From Paraspadella gotoi (taxonomy: Eukaryota > Animalia > Chaetognatha): a stretch of 64,000 nt of DNA. Of the stretch, positions 63,901-64,000 are shown piece after piece (position 1 is the stretch's first letter; each line of letters begins with the position of its first letter). The notes under the pieces were generated by a model. The model saw only the letters and a list, made by a program, of their open reading frames with translations, was not told the DNA's origin and ran no database searches. Both the position numbers and the translations under genes were made by a program. Location: positions 25,800,767 through 25,864,766 of the forward strand of contig CM119265.1 of NCBI GenBank assembly GCA_051294375.1, read 5' to 3'.

Positions 63901-64000
63901 CCAAGAATTAAATCCGTAAATGTGGATAATTATGGAATAGATAAAACCCATCGCCATTGGATCGTTAACCGTTTAATGGAAAACTCTTTTAATTATATCT
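60980..64000 (+). repeat. Noisy direct duplicate of ~41215-43405
   Basis: Colinear anchors (ttctaagatgc, gggacagtgaaaaaatgtgacatt, aggcaacgacgacgacgataataa, gtttaatggaaaactctttt) with dense indels typical of an unpolished long read. Confidence 0.9.
63352..63736 (-). mobile_element. SINE with tRNA-Lys(CTT)-derived head
   Basis: 63664-63730 tggcgccagatgtggggcttcgaaaccacgaacccaggattaagagtccctgtgctc is the reverse complement of a tRNA-Lys(CTT)-like sequence including CCA. It is followed on the minus strand by a ~310-nt body and a T/G-rich tail. Absent from the homologous site at ~43160. Confidence 0.75.

Overview
This is eukaryotic, probably invertebrate, genomic DNA. It is AT-rich, intron-containing, full of (CT)n/(GTC)n microsatellites, and has several N gaps. 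The only protein-coding system I can support is a minus-strand tandem cluster of three firefly-luciferase/4-coumarate:CoA-ligase-like ANL adenylating enzyme genes at 6.3-18.5 kb. One is an intact 8-exon gene of 538 aa (15252-18465). One is a two-exon truncated pseudogene (14040-14686). One is a full-length paralog with several 1-bp indels (about 6290-9758), either a pseudogene or sequencing error. Both full-length copies share an altered hinge motif (ELISYKDG versus canonical xLIKYKG). The first 2.2 kb holds a fold-back Penelope-like remnant with two minimal hammerhead ribozymes, and a complete 705-bp TRIM retroelement whose LTRs carry a tRNA-like Pol III module (Helenus-type). Helentron-associated (HINE/DINE-1-like) elements, a Kolobok-like TIR element and tRNA-derived SINEs fill the cluster. 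The region 19-64 kb is non-coding as far as I can tell. It holds promoter-like motif clusters, satellites, a ~16-kb inverted duplication and noisy duplicated blocks that look largely like assembly or gap-filling artefacts. All exon models were derived by hand; no database searches were run.
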